Assembly (NCBI GenBank): GCA_041859235.1
Contig: JBHEKV010000165.1
Location: 1 to 59,787, forward strand
Direction of reading: 5' to 3'
DNA: 59,787 bases
DNA from: Ignavibacteria bacterium
GTDB taxonomy: Bacteria; Bacteroidota; Ignavibacteria; Tepidaquicellales; OLB5
Part shown: one piece after another, positions 39,401 to 48,150 of the stretch
Layout of the letters: each line of letters begins with the position of its first letter
Numbering within the stretch: the stretch's first letter is position 1
The notes under the pieces: generated by a model
Told to the model about the DNA's origin: nothing
What the model saw: only the letters and a program-made list of their open reading frames with translations
Database searches by the model: none
Translations under genes and position numbers: made by a program

Positions 39401-39436
39401 GTCACCCAATCCGCCATGGCGGATCAGTTTGGGCGG
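39401..39436. repeat. REP family B (contains the perfect 14-bp palindrome TCCGCCATGGCGGA)
   Basis: gtcacccaatccgccatggcggatcagtttgggcgg. The palindrome lies at 39410-39423. Confidence 0.7.
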
Positions 39437-40003
39437 CTTAAAATTTATTGTCATATTAAAAAGATAATTACTATACTAGCTTTGCTTTTGGCTGTGCTTA
39501 TTGCAGCAGGCTCAGTGTATTACTTCTGTGTCTTACCGTCCAAAACAAATATAGTCAGATCAACGCTTCCGCCGGGTTCTGTATCCGACTCGATCGTAGT
39601 ATTCAAATCAGAAAGAAAATTATCTCTGTATTGCAGGAACAAGCTCCTGAAAACCTACAGTATATCACTGGGCGATAGCCCAATAGGGCATAAGGAAAAA
39701 GAAGGTGATGAAAAAACTCCCGAAGGACTTTACAGCATAAGTGGCCGGAATCCCAACAGTAAGTATCATTTATCACTAAGGATATCTTATCCGAATGAAC
39801 AGGACAAACTGAATGCTGAGAGGAATGGTTACGCACCCGGAGGTGATATTATGATACACGGTCTGCCAAATGTAACCGGTTTTCTGGAGGATTATTATGT
39901 TAATAACGACTGGACCGACGGATGCATAGCCGTTACAAATGAAGAGATAGAAGAAATTTGGGGCGCAGTTGAAGACGGTGTACCCATTTTTATTAATAAA
40001 TGA
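39416..40003 (+). CDS. L,D-transpeptidase (YkuD family)
   Basis: TM anchor. GDEKTPEG, MIHGLPN and WTDGCIAV (catalytic Cys) motifs. Confidence 0.85.
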   Translation: MADQFGRLKIYCHIKKIITILALLLAVLIAAGSVYYFCVLPSKTNIVRSTLPPGSVSDSIVVFKSERKLSLYCRNKLLKTYSISLGDSPIGHKEKEGDEKTPEGLYSISGRNPNSKYHLSLRISYPNEQDKLNAERNGYAPGGDIMIHGLPNVTGFLEDYYVNNDWTDGCIAVTNEEIEEIWGAVEDGVPIFINK

Positions 40004-40068
40004 ATCCGGGTTCAATCATTTTTTCCGCGGTGATAAACCTTTTGGGTGAAAATACAAAAGTCTCATCG

Positions 40069-40602
40069 TTATTTCCTTGTATACAATATTTGCCAGTTTT
40101 GCGTCCATGTGCCGCCATTATCGGCTGATGATTCCCAGTTCCACGTAAATGAATCCTTCGTAATATCGGTAAATACCATCCGTTGAATTATCTGCTTACC
40201 TTCTTTGTTTGTAACGCTTCGCTGCAATACCATATTGCTTCCGTCCTTGCCACCGGTGAAATCCATGTAAGCCCCGCCATTATCGACCCAGGTCTGCTGC
40301 CATATCTTCTTTTTCGGATTATACATCGAAAGGCTTCTGCCTATGAATGTTTTGTCTTCAGTTGAAAAGTTTTCTTCTATTACACAGTCGTTCAGTGTTT
40401 TGGTAATAATATTTTCGCCGTATTGCTCTTTATTTTCTGAATCAACCCACTTTGCCTGCCATCTGCCCACCCAAAAATCAAACTGCGATGCTTCGGGCTC
40501 GCTGCAGGGTTTGTCATTTGTCTGCGCATGTGTAACGGCAATTGATAGTGTTACTGCAAGTATGATCATTACCGCCAAAGCTGCTTTATAAATTAATTCC
40601 AT
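40069..40602 (-). CDS. Secreted hypothetical protein (DUF1579-like, tentative)
   Basis: Signal peptide. The FDFWVGRWQAKW motif resembles that family. Trp-rich beta-type sequence. Confidence 0.45.
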   Translation of the reverse strand: MELIYKAALAVMIILAVTLSIAVTHAQTNDKPCSEPEASQFDFWVGRWQAKWVDSENKEQYGENIITKTLNDCVIEENFSTEDKTFIGRSLSMYNPKKKIWQQTWVDNGGAYMDFTGGKDGSNMVLQRSVTNKEGKQIIQRMVFTDITKDSFTWNWESSADNGGTWTQNWQILYTRK

Positions 40603-40622
40603 TGTATTATTATATTAAATGA

Positions 40623-40692
40623 GCGCCTGTTAATAAATCAAGCCTGGCTAAATATTAGCTTTACCTGACCGCCCTCGTTGCATAACAGGCGC
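40623..40692 (-). other. Long-range inverted repeat (GCGCCTGTTA ... TAACAGGCGC) enclosing a small GCTAA-ATA-TTAGC hairpin
   Basis: The 10-bp arms at 40623-40632 and 40683-40692 were read directly. The element lies between the stop of the 40703 gene and the start of the 40602 gene. Confidence 0.5.
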
Positions 40693-40702
40693 GCATATTT
40701 TT

Positions 40703-42532
40703 TTATTTTATTACTATTAATTTTTTTGTGTCATTAAAACTGCCTGCACGCAGAGTATAGAAATATACGCCGCTTGTGATATCAGACGCATTAAAATCAG
40801 TTTCATATTCACCGGCGTTAAGCTCGTTGTTCACTAACTCAGATACCAGCCTCCCGGTAACATCGTAAACCGATAGATTTACACCGGAAAATTTCGGAAT
40901 TGAAAACCTGATCTTAGTTACAGGATTGAACGGATTGGGATAATTCTGTTCAAGCCTGTATATGTTTGGTATTTGTGAGCCAATTTGACTGATCCCAATA
41001 ACTATTTCGCTTAATCCCTGTCCTTCAATTAGTTTGTAGAATCTATTGGGAGTGATATTGGTGAATACCTGAGTTAACCCGCCGCCCCATTTGACGATCA
41101 TTGAATCAATTACTGAAGCATTGTGAAGACCAAAATGAACATTCAGCGAATTCATTGCATTAAAGCTGTTCTGCGCGTTAATTTCGCGGGTCTGCCATTT
41201 GGGAACACCGTTAATAACGGCTTTCAATTTGATTATTGTGCCTAAAGCCGATTTATTTGTCATACCTGCTGCAGGTCCTGAACCAATGCAATGGATGTTT
41301 ATCCATTTATTATTATTGTTCGTTTCATTTCTAAACAAGCCTTTAGTTGAATTGCTGCCGGCCATGTATATATCCAAATCGCCGTCACTATCATAATCAC
41401 CAAATGTTGTGCCGTATGTCTGACCGCTTGCAACAATGGCAAGTGTATCTATCCTTGTAAAAAATCCCATGCCGTTGTTTGAATAATACCTGCTGGCTCC
41501 GGCATCATTTGTAATAAAACAGTCCAGATCACCGTCATTATCAAAATCACCCCAGTTATTGCCAAGCCACGCACCCGGATCACTTACTATGGTGCCGACT
41601 TCTGCTGCTGTCATTTTAACATAATAATGCGGACCGTCACACCTGTATAATCTGTTTTTTATGTTTGTTGAGTAATTGGTGAGGAAACCGTCAAGATCAC
41701 CGTCATTATCAATATCGATCCAGTTCCAGTTCTGACCGTCAACTATATCAGTGGCGATAATTCCGGTATCTATTCTGTTCAGGAAGTAAGGAACATTTTG
41801 TTCTTTAAGCAGATTACGGTAGAGATAGTCCCTTCCGCCAATATTGTTTGCGGGTCCTGTGCCGATAAACAGGTCAGCATCTCCATCCTGATCATAATCA
41901 GAAAACATTGGTATTGTGAACGCGTCAAGTGAATCTGTAGTTTGTGTTGAATCGATACGGGTAAACGTTCCGTTACCGTTATTATAAAACAGCCTGTTTT
42001 CATGCAGCACACCGTTAAAGTTATAAGCAGCTGCCAGGAATAAGTCTGCATATGTATCGTTGTTAATATCACCCCAAACGCAGCCCCAGCCGGTATTTGC
42101 TGTTGAATCAGCGATAGAGCCCGAAAGTATCTTTGTAAAAACAAAGTTTCCGTCATTCCTGTATAAGTGTGAAGTTGGATTTGCCTGAATTGTGGTAATT
42201 ACAAATAAATCCGGGTCACCGTCGTTATCATAATCAGCCCAAGAGCTGCCTAAAACGGGCCCCTGCAGGGGAATAGAACCCGAGACTTTTATGAAATTAC
42301 CGTTACCAAGATTTCTGAATATATCCTTACGGGAAATGTACAGGTCAATCAGTTCATCGTTATCAACATCAATCCAGCTTGCGCCAATGTAAGTGCCGGC
42401 AAGCGGCTCATTCACCACGGGATTAGATGCTTCAGTTACTTTTACAAAAAACTGTGATAAAAGTGAATCAGTCCAAATGAAATTTGAAAGTATAACAAGT
42501 GAAAGGCAGAAAGATCTAATAAAATACCGCAA
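40703..42532 (-). CDS. Secreted FG-GAP/VCBS-repeat protein with an ASPIC/UnbV domain and a T9SS sorting domain (paralog of 12170-13930)
   Basis: Repeated DYDNDGDPDLFV-type modules. NKWINIHCIGSG...KSALGTIIKL...VKWGGG. C-terminal NYPNPFNPVTKIRF...GVYFYTL...KKLIVIK. Confidence 0.85.
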   Translation of the reverse strand: MRYFIRSFCLSLVILSNFIWTDSLLSQFFVKVTEASNPVVNEPLAGTYIGASWIDVDNDELIDLYISRKDIFRNLGNGNFIKVSGSIPLQGPVLGSSWADYDNDGDPDLFVITTIQANPTSHLYRNDGNFVFTKILSGSIADSTANTGWGCVWGDINNDTYADLFLAAAYNFNGVLHENRLFYNNGNGTFTRIDSTQTTDSLDAFTIPMFSDYDQDGDADLFIGTGPANNIGGRDYLYRNLLKEQNVPYFLNRIDTGIIATDIVDGQNWNWIDIDNDGDLDGFLTNYSTNIKNRLYRCDGPHYYVKMTAAEVGTIVSDPGAWLGNNWGDFDNDGDLDCFITNDAGASRYYSNNGMGFFTRIDTLAIVASGQTYGTTFGDYDSDGDLDIYMAGSNSTKGLFRNETNNNNKWINIHCIGSGPAAGMTNKSALGTIIKLKAVINGVPKWQTREINAQNSFNAMNSLNVHFGLHNASVIDSMIVKWGGGLTQVFTNITPNRFYKLIEGQGLSEIVIGISQIGSQIPNIYRLEQNYPNPFNPVTKIRFSIPKFSGVNLSVYDVTGRLVSELVNNELNAGEYETDFNASDITSGVYFYTLRAGSFNDTKKLIVIK

Positions 42533-42584
42533 ATATAACCTCCTTATAAATTTTTACAAATATAAGAAGAGGGCAGTTCTTACA

Positions 42585-43526
42585 TTATTTGAAAATTGAC
42601 TTTTTTTTCATCAGGCTCCGGTAATTTTCGGGGGATGTTTTATAGGTATTTTTGAACAAATAACTGAAGGAACTGAGAGATTCATAACCGCAGTTCATGC
42701 ATATTTCAGTTACTGTTGAATTTGTGGATTCCAGCATCATTCTGGCTTTTTCAAGTCTGACACTTTTTAAATATTGATAGGGTGAAACGCCTGTATAAGA
42801 TTTGAATTTTCTGAGGAAATGATGCGGGCAAAGTGATGATACCTTAGAAAGCGTATCCAGATCAATTGCTTCATGGTAATTAGATTCGATGTAATCTTTA
42901 GCTTTATTCAGCCTGTTATACAGCTCAACCCGTGTTGATCGTTTCACGGATCTTAGTTCATCAGCTATTTTAGATTCCTTTAATTGAGTGCGGAAAGTAT
43001 GCTCCAGTATTCCATGAAGAATTTCTGTAAGTTGACCGGAATTGTAATTGCGGCTGTTTAAAGTTGAGCGAATACTGCTTACATATGTTCCTAAAACTTT
43101 GTCGGTGTGATACAATTTCTGAAAAAAGTTAACCGGGTGTTTATCCCTTACTTCCGGGAAATCCAGCAGGTATTCATCAGTATTGAACGATGAGTAAAAC
43201 ACATCTTCAACAAATTTTGCAGTGAAGTTAAGAGTAAGTGATTCAACCGGTTTGTGGGAATTGATAAGACTCTGATAAATGGAATCCCTGTTGAGTATAA
43301 GAAACATACTGTCTTCAACTGCGTATTTCATGTTGCCAAGTATGTACTGCTCGCAGCCGCCGAATGCGAATTTTAGCGAAAGCGTCGTCCAGTGTTCAGG
43401 GTAATAAAGGTACGAAAATTTCCCGTTCAAAATAATATTCTGCTCAACAAACTGGCGGTTCCACCTCCTGTAGTTATAGCTGAAATCGTCCATATCCGGA
43501 AATTTTGTTATTACCTTAACACTCAT
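42585..43526 (-). CDS. AraC-family transcriptional regulator
   Basis: C-terminal double HTH: HHFLRKFKSYTGVSPYQYLKSVRLEKARMML...ICMNCGYESLSSFSYLFKNTYKTSP. Confidence 0.88.
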   Translation of the reverse strand: MSVKVITKFPDMDDFSYNYRRWNRQFVEQNIILNGKFSYLYYPEHWTTLSLKFAFGGCEQYILGNMKYAVEDSMFLILNRDSIYQSLINSHKPVESLTLNFTAKFVEDVFYSSFNTDEYLLDFPEVRDKHPVNFFQKLYHTDKVLGTYVSSIRSTLNSRNYNSGQLTEILHGILEHTFRTQLKESKIADELRSVKRSTRVELYNRLNKAKDYIESNYHEAIDLDTLSKVSSLCPHHFLRKFKSYTGVSPYQYLKSVRLEKARMMLESTNSTVTEICMNCGYESLSSFSYLFKNTYKTSPENYRSLMKKKSIFK

Positions 43527-43767
43527 CTTGTATAAATAATACCCGCTTAATTGAGCTAAATTTAGAGAAAATTATGGATAAAAGAAACCAATAAAGGCAA
43601 AATTATTAATTTTGATAATGAAGATCTTTTAACACTAAGGCACAAAGTACACTAAGTATCTGTGAAATTGTGCAAGAACATCCTGGCTATTAAGGATAAA
43701 TTTTGAATATTAAGAAACTTTTTTAATTTGTTTGGTGACTGAAATCCCCAAAAGTGCTGATTTTTAA

Positions 43768-43793
43768 GCCCCGCCTTAAAGAGCGGGGCTATT
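43768..43793. repeat. Hairpin repeat family C, second copy
   Basis: GCCCCGCCTTAAAGAGCGGGGCTATT, compared with 19291-19315. Confidence 0.7.
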
Positions 43794-43863
43794 AAACTTA
43801 ATTTTGATTAGAAATGAAAATCTATCCATTCACACATACTAGTTCAATTTATATAAAAGGTCT

Positions 43864-43888
43864 GGATACCTGCTTTCGCAGGTATGAC
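43864..43888. repeat. Hairpin repeat family D, second copy (GGATACCTGC-TTTC-GCAGGTATGAC)
   Basis: Lies 3 nt from the stop codon of the S9 peptidase gene. Same architecture as 8816-8840. Confidence 0.65.
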
Positions 43889-43891
43889 AAG

Positions 43892-46120
43892 CTACTTCAA
43901 ATACTTCTCAAACCATCCGGTTATACGCTTATACTGATCCAGCCAGCTAGACTGCCTGTAAAAGCCGTGATTTTCCTTCGGATAGATCATCACCTCAAAA
44001 TCCTTTTTGTTATCAATTAGCTTTTGTGTTAGCTGAACCATATCCTGAAAAAATACATTGTCATCCAGCATACCATGCGTCATAAGTAAATGACCCTGTA
44101 GATTTTCAGCGAAAGTGTAGGGCGATGATTGTTCATAATACTCTGCAACATCCTCTGTTTCAAGGTCGCCCAACCTGGCAAGCGTGTACCAGTAATTGCT
44201 GTAGTAGTAATTTTTCCAGTTTGATACTGCGCGCAGTGATACTCCCGCTTTAAAAAGCTCAGGGTGTTTAAACATTGCCATAAGTGTTGTAAATCCGCCA
44301 TAGCTGCCGCCGTAAATTCCGACCTTATCTTTATTGATATAGCCTTTGGCATCAAGGAAATTTATCCCGCTGATGTAATCGGATACTTCCCAATACCCAA
44401 GATTGCGGTAAGTTTTATTGCGGAATTCTTTTCCGTAACCCATGCTTCCGCGGAAGTCGAGATCAAGCACCACAAAATCATTTTGTGTTATGAAAGTATT
44501 CACCATAAAATTATCACGGTAAGGTGAAAACCCGTTGGTTACATTCTGCAAATAGCCTGCCCCGTGTACAAAACATATTAGAGGGTACTTTTTCTTCGGG
44601 TTAAAATTCTTTGGTTTGTAAACAAATCCATAAATCAGTTGACCATCTTCTTCATTGTTGAAAGTGATAAGCTCGGGTAAATTCCAGTCAATAGCGGTGA
44701 ACTTGGGCGAAGCGGTATTTGTAAGCTGCTTTTCTTCGCCGGTTTGGAGGTTATATGCGTACAGTTCATTCGGTTTGTTGATGTATGAATGTGAATAGAA
44801 CAGGTAATTGCCATCTCTTGAAATTTTAAGATCTTCAACATCGCCTTCGGCAGAGGTTAATTTTGTAATACTATTTCCGTATTTATCGGCTGAATATATA
44901 TTATAATTATACGGTGCTTCCACATTTGCAACAAAGTAAACTTTCTCTGAAGCACGGTCAACAACAGAAGCAAGTACCGTAAATTGGCCCGGAGTGACCG
45001 AAGTAAAACCGGTTCCATCAGTGTTAACTTTATACAGATTGTTATAACCCGAAATTTCTGATTCAAATAAAACTGTCTGGCTATCTATAAATACCGAGCT
45101 GTTTGAATGTCTTTCATACCATGCGGGGTCAGTTTCAGAATAAATCTCTTTTACACTCTTTGATGTTACATCATATATAAATAACTTGCGTGAATGCCGG
45201 TCCATCGTTTCAATATCCAGCAGCAGTTTGCTGCCGTCAGGGGAGTACTCCGCATAAGTAGTTGAGTACCTTTGACTATCCGGGTATACAAATTCATTAA
45301 TTACTTTGTATAATGAATCTTTCCCTTTTTGATTGATGGAAATATCAAAAAGCTTTACTTTTGATATACCCCGCTTCCTTGTTTCAGCCTTAACAAACTT
45401 ATCATTATAATCAGGGAAAACCAACTGACGTTTTGTTGTGTTGTCATATCTTGCAACAAAGAGTCTTAAAACGCAATTTGGATCACCTTTGAATTTATCG
45501 GTCATATCAATAACCTGGTAAGAAACCGAATCAGATTCATCCGAAGTTATTGCAAGTTCATTTGAGTTAGCCTTAATGCTGTCATGCCGGGTAAGATAAT
45601 AGTTACCGCTGCGCCTGTAAACCACAAAATTGCCTATGACCTGAGGCGAGTATTCATATTTCTCAGTTTCGGTTAACTTAATATCTTTTGTGTATCCGCG
45701 TGAATTTACAAAGTCTTTCGTCACGTATACATCACCATTAATGATCGTTACGGCATTGCCATTTGGCATAACTACAAATTCAGATGCTGTCTCACCGGTA
45801 TCAGAATATTTAAATATTTCGCCTGATTCATAATTCATATCAAACAGACTAAGCATACCATCGTAATCATCATCGGCATAGTAGTAGATCTTTTTGGTAT
45901 CAGCATGGATAAATTTTAATGTCGGGCGGGGATTTATAATGGCAGTATCCTGGAAAATATACTCAAGGGTTATATCCTGTGAGAAAGATGTCAAAGGAAG
46001 GGTCAATAAAAAAAATAATAATGCAAGTACTTTCCCTGAAAATATCGGGAATATCAGTTTACGAGATCCTTCACTTCGCTTCGTTCCGTTCAGGATTGAG
46101 TTAATAATGCAATTCTTCAA
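43892..46120 (-). CDS. S9-family serine peptidase (DPP IV / prolyl oligopeptidase-like propeller plus alpha/beta hydrolase)
   Basis: Nucleophile elbow GGSYGGF. C-terminal GMLDDNV and ENHGF. The start is uncertain because the first ~20 codons overlap the lysA 3' end and a repeat element. Confidence 0.85.
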   Translation of the reverse strand: MKNCIINSILNGTKRSEGSRKLIFPIFSGKVLALLFFLLTLPLTSFSQDITLEYIFQDTAIINPRPTLKFIHADTKKIYYYADDDYDGMLSLFDMNYESGEIFKYSDTGETASEFVVMPNGNAVTIINGDVYVTKDFVNSRGYTKDIKLTETEKYEYSPQVIGNFVVYRRSGNYYLTRHDSIKANSNELAITSDESDSVSYQVIDMTDKFKGDPNCVLRLFVARYDNTTKRQLVFPDYNDKFVKAETRKRGISKVKLFDISINQKGKDSLYKVINEFVYPDSQRYSTTYAEYSPDGSKLLLDIETMDRHSRKLFIYDVTSKSVKEIYSETDPAWYERHSNSSVFIDSQTVLFESEISGYNNLYKVNTDGTGFTSVTPGQFTVLASVVDRASEKVYFVANVEAPYNYNIYSADKYGNSITKLTSAEGDVEDLKISRDGNYLFYSHSYINKPNELYAYNLQTGEEKQLTNTASPKFTAIDWNLPELITFNNEEDGQLIYGFVYKPKNFNPKKKYPLICFVHGAGYLQNVTNGFSPYRDNFMVNTFITQNDFVVLDLDFRGSMGYGKEFRNKTYRNLGYWEVSDYISGINFLDAKGYINKDKVGIYGGSYGGFTTLMAMFKHPELFKAGVSLRAVSNWKNYYYSNYWYTLARLGDLETEDVAEYYEQSSPYTFAENLQGHLLMTHGMLDDNVFFQDMVQLTQKLIDNKKDFEVMIYPKENHGFYRQSSWLDQYKRITGWFEKYLK
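46065..46100. repeat. Hairpin repeat family E (GAGATCCTTCACTTCGCTTCGTTCC...)
   Basis: Shares the GAGATnnCTTCnnnCGCTTCGnTCC core with the reverse complement of 59384-59412. Confidence 0.5.
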
Positions 46121-47378
46121 CTTTTTCTCTTTCCCTTATAAGGTAATGCTTGTCTCCATCAACCAGCACTTCAGCAGGGCGAAGCCTTGCATTGTAGTTT
46201 GATGAAAGTGAATATCCATAAGCCCCGGTTGTCAATACCGCGAAGCGGTCGCCGCGCTCCATTACCTGTATACTGCGCTTTGCGGCCAGAAAATCCGATG
46301 TTTCACAAACCGGACCAACAATATCAACTGTTTCAAATCCGGTATCTTTAAGTGTTGTTGGCACAACCTGGTGATATGCCTGGTAAAGGCAGGGGCGCAT
46401 CAGGTCATTCATACCTGTATCGGTAATTATGAATTTTTTCACTTCACCCTGTTTGGTATAAAGAACTTTGCCAACAAGTATACCGGCATTTGCAACAAGT
46501 GATCTTCCGGGCTCAATAATAAGTTTTTTATTATATGTTGAAAGCATTTTAAGCACTGATTCGACATGCTCGCCAAGTGGTGAGTATCTTGATGTTTCAT
46601 CTTCTTCTGTGGGAATATAACGGTGTGTCAATATATTTTTATACTGCACACCGAAGCCTCCGCCGAAGTTAATGTAGCGGATATTGATACCCATTTTTTC
46701 GACTTTTTCGATCAGCTCACCAAGGTATTTTACAGCTTCAATATAAGGATTCACTTCCGTGATCTGCGAGCCAATATGTGAATGTATTCCAATAACATCA
46801 ATATTAGGCAGTTCGTTTGCTGTCTTAAAAACATCCATTATATCTTTGCTGTCGATACCGAATTTATTTTCCTTCATACCCGTTGTAATGTAAGGATGGG
46901 TTTTGGCGTCAATATCCGGATTAACCCTGATGGAAATTCTTGCAATAACTCCGAGCCTGTGAGCTATTTCAGATATCACTTTAATTTCCTGAAGAGATTC
47001 AACAGTGAAATTGAAAATATTTTCCCGCAAAGCGTATTCAATTTCTTCGTCGGTTTTCCCAACACCTGTAAAAGTGATCTTATTCCTCAAATAACCGAAC
47101 TTAAGCGCAAGATAAAGCTCACCGCCTGAAGCTACTTCAGCGCCGGCGCCTTCTTCAGCAAGCAGCTTAAGTATCTCAGGGTTTGAATTGGCCTTAATTG
47201 CGTAGCAATTAATGAAATCAAGCTTTGAGTTGACCAATGGCTGATTGATTTCCCTGTAGTTCTTAAGTATCTGGTTCTTGCTGTAAATATAAAGAGGTGT
47301 TCCGAATTCTTTTGCAAGATCATCAACCAGGAAGTTTTCTGCGAACAAATGGTTATCTTTAAAATAAAAATGGTTCAT
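46101..47378 (-). CDS. lysA: Diaminopimelate decarboxylase
   Basis: YAIKANSNPEILKLLAEEGAGAEVASGGEL (PLP-Lys context), the HSHIGSQ motif and a C-terminal beta-barrel domain. Confidence 0.93.
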   Translation of the reverse strand: MNHFYFKDNHLFAENFLVDDLAKEFGTPLYIYSKNQILKNYREINQPLVNSKLDFINCYAIKANSNPEILKLLAEEGAGAEVASGGELYLALKFGYLRNKITFTGVGKTDEEIEYALRENIFNFTVESLQEIKVISEIAHRLGVIARISIRVNPDIDAKTHPYITTGMKENKFGIDSKDIMDVFKTANELPNIDVIGIHSHIGSQITEVNPYIEAVKYLGELIEKVEKMGINIRYINFGGGFGVQYKNILTHRYIPTEEDETSRYSPLGEHVESVLKMLSTYNKKLIIEPGRSLVANAGILVGKVLYTKQGEVKKFIITDTGMNDLMRPCLYQAYHQVVPTTLKDTGFETVDIVGPVCETSDFLAAKRSIQVMERGDRFAVLTTGAYGYSLSSNYNARLRPAEVLVDGDKHYLIREREKVEELHY

Positions 47379-47483
47379 ATATTTATATTAATTCATATAA
47401 TTGACTGCAAAAATAATCTTTTGTTATGACTAATGAAATGGAATAAATGAAATTGTTCCGCCCCCTCATTTCAACATTTTGAA

Positions 47484-47515
47484 AATAAAAAAGCTGCCTT
47501 TTTTCCGGGCAGCTT
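47484..47515 (-). terminator. Rho-independent terminator of the 47546-47950 gene
   Basis: AAGCTGCC / GGCAGCTT 8-bp stem. On the minus strand it is followed by TTTTTTATTTT. Confidence 0.75.
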
Positions 47516-47545
47516 TGTTTTCTGAACTGTAAATTTGAAAGAAAA

Positions 47546-47950
47546 TCAGCTTTTGCTTAATGTCACATATTCATTTAAAAGCTCTTCTTTGGCTTTATCT
47601 ATGATGGTTGTAACCATTTTTTTGGAAGCGTAATGTATCTTTGGATCAACATACTTCTTTATGTTCTTCCAAAGTGCTTCTTCAAAAATGTTTAAAGCTA
47701 TTTGTATCTCTTCAACTTCAAATCCTGACGCAAATCTTTCATCGGAGATCAGATCCATGTAGCCTATCATGTCATCGCATTTTTGAGTTTCGATGCATTT
47801 GGCAAGTGCTTGAAGCAGATTTGAATATTTTTTTTGGATCTCTTCGAGGCGGAACTTACTGTAATGAGGGAGCTGTACCCTCATGAGAGCGTTTGTTGAT
47901 TCTTGGAGTATCAGTTCAGGTTTGTTGTAGATTAATTCCAGAAGTGTCAT
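47546..47950 (-). CDS. Stand-alone all-alpha sensor-like protein (RsbR/RsbRD N-terminal-like, tentative), paralog A
   Basis: 134 aa. Gapless alignment to 48151-48555 gives about 66 of 134 identical by hand count. Conserved C-x5-C and NIFEEALWKNI blocks. Confidence 0.7.
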   Translation of the reverse strand: MTLLELIYNKPELILQESTNALMRVQLPHYSKFRLEEIQKKYSNLLQALAKCIETQKCDDMIGYMDLISDERFASGFEVEEIQIALNIFEEALWKNIKKYVDPKIHYASKKMVTTIIDKAKEELLNEYVTLSKS

Positions 47951-47967
47951 AGTGTAACCCCTCTTTT

Positions 47968-47975
47968 CAAATTTA
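47968..47975 (-). promoter_or_regulatory. Candidate -7 box (TAAATTTG on the minus strand)
   Basis: TAnnTTTG match 18 nt upstream of the 47950 start. Confidence 0.3.
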
Positions 47976-48088
47976 GTGTATGTTTCCGTTGCAAATTAGC
48001 CACAATTGAATTTTTCTGATATACCCTAAATTCTTCTCAAAAACAGCCTGCGAGAAAAATCATAAACCTAAATGACGTATATAGCCCA

Positions 48089-48116
48089 ATAAAAAACTGC
48101 CATCAAAAATGGCAGT
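48089..48116 (-). terminator. Rho-independent terminator of the 48151-48555 gene
   Basis: ACTGCCAT / ATGGCAGT 8-bp stem. On the minus strand it is followed by TTTTTTATT. Confidence 0.75.
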
Positions 48117-48150
48117 ATTTTTTCAATGATCTTCGCGGCTGCCGGATTGG

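Larger units (their letters stand above)
38558..39436 (+). mobile_element. RAYT gene with flanking REP palindromes (REPtron-like unit)
   Basis: A Y1-transposase-like gene is bracketed by two REP types on each side: family A at 38574-38599 and 39301-39324, and family B at 38691-38724 and 39401-39436. Confidence 0.7.

Noticed and set aside
43814-44020. 68-aa plus-strand ORF.
   Set aside because: It spans a hairpin repeat and the 3' end of the S9 peptidase gene in antisense.
47379-47545. Lysine riboswitch upstream of lysA.
   Set aside because: I could not see the conserved L-box helices or motifs. The spacer is A/T-rich and mostly occupied by the terminator of the upstream gene.
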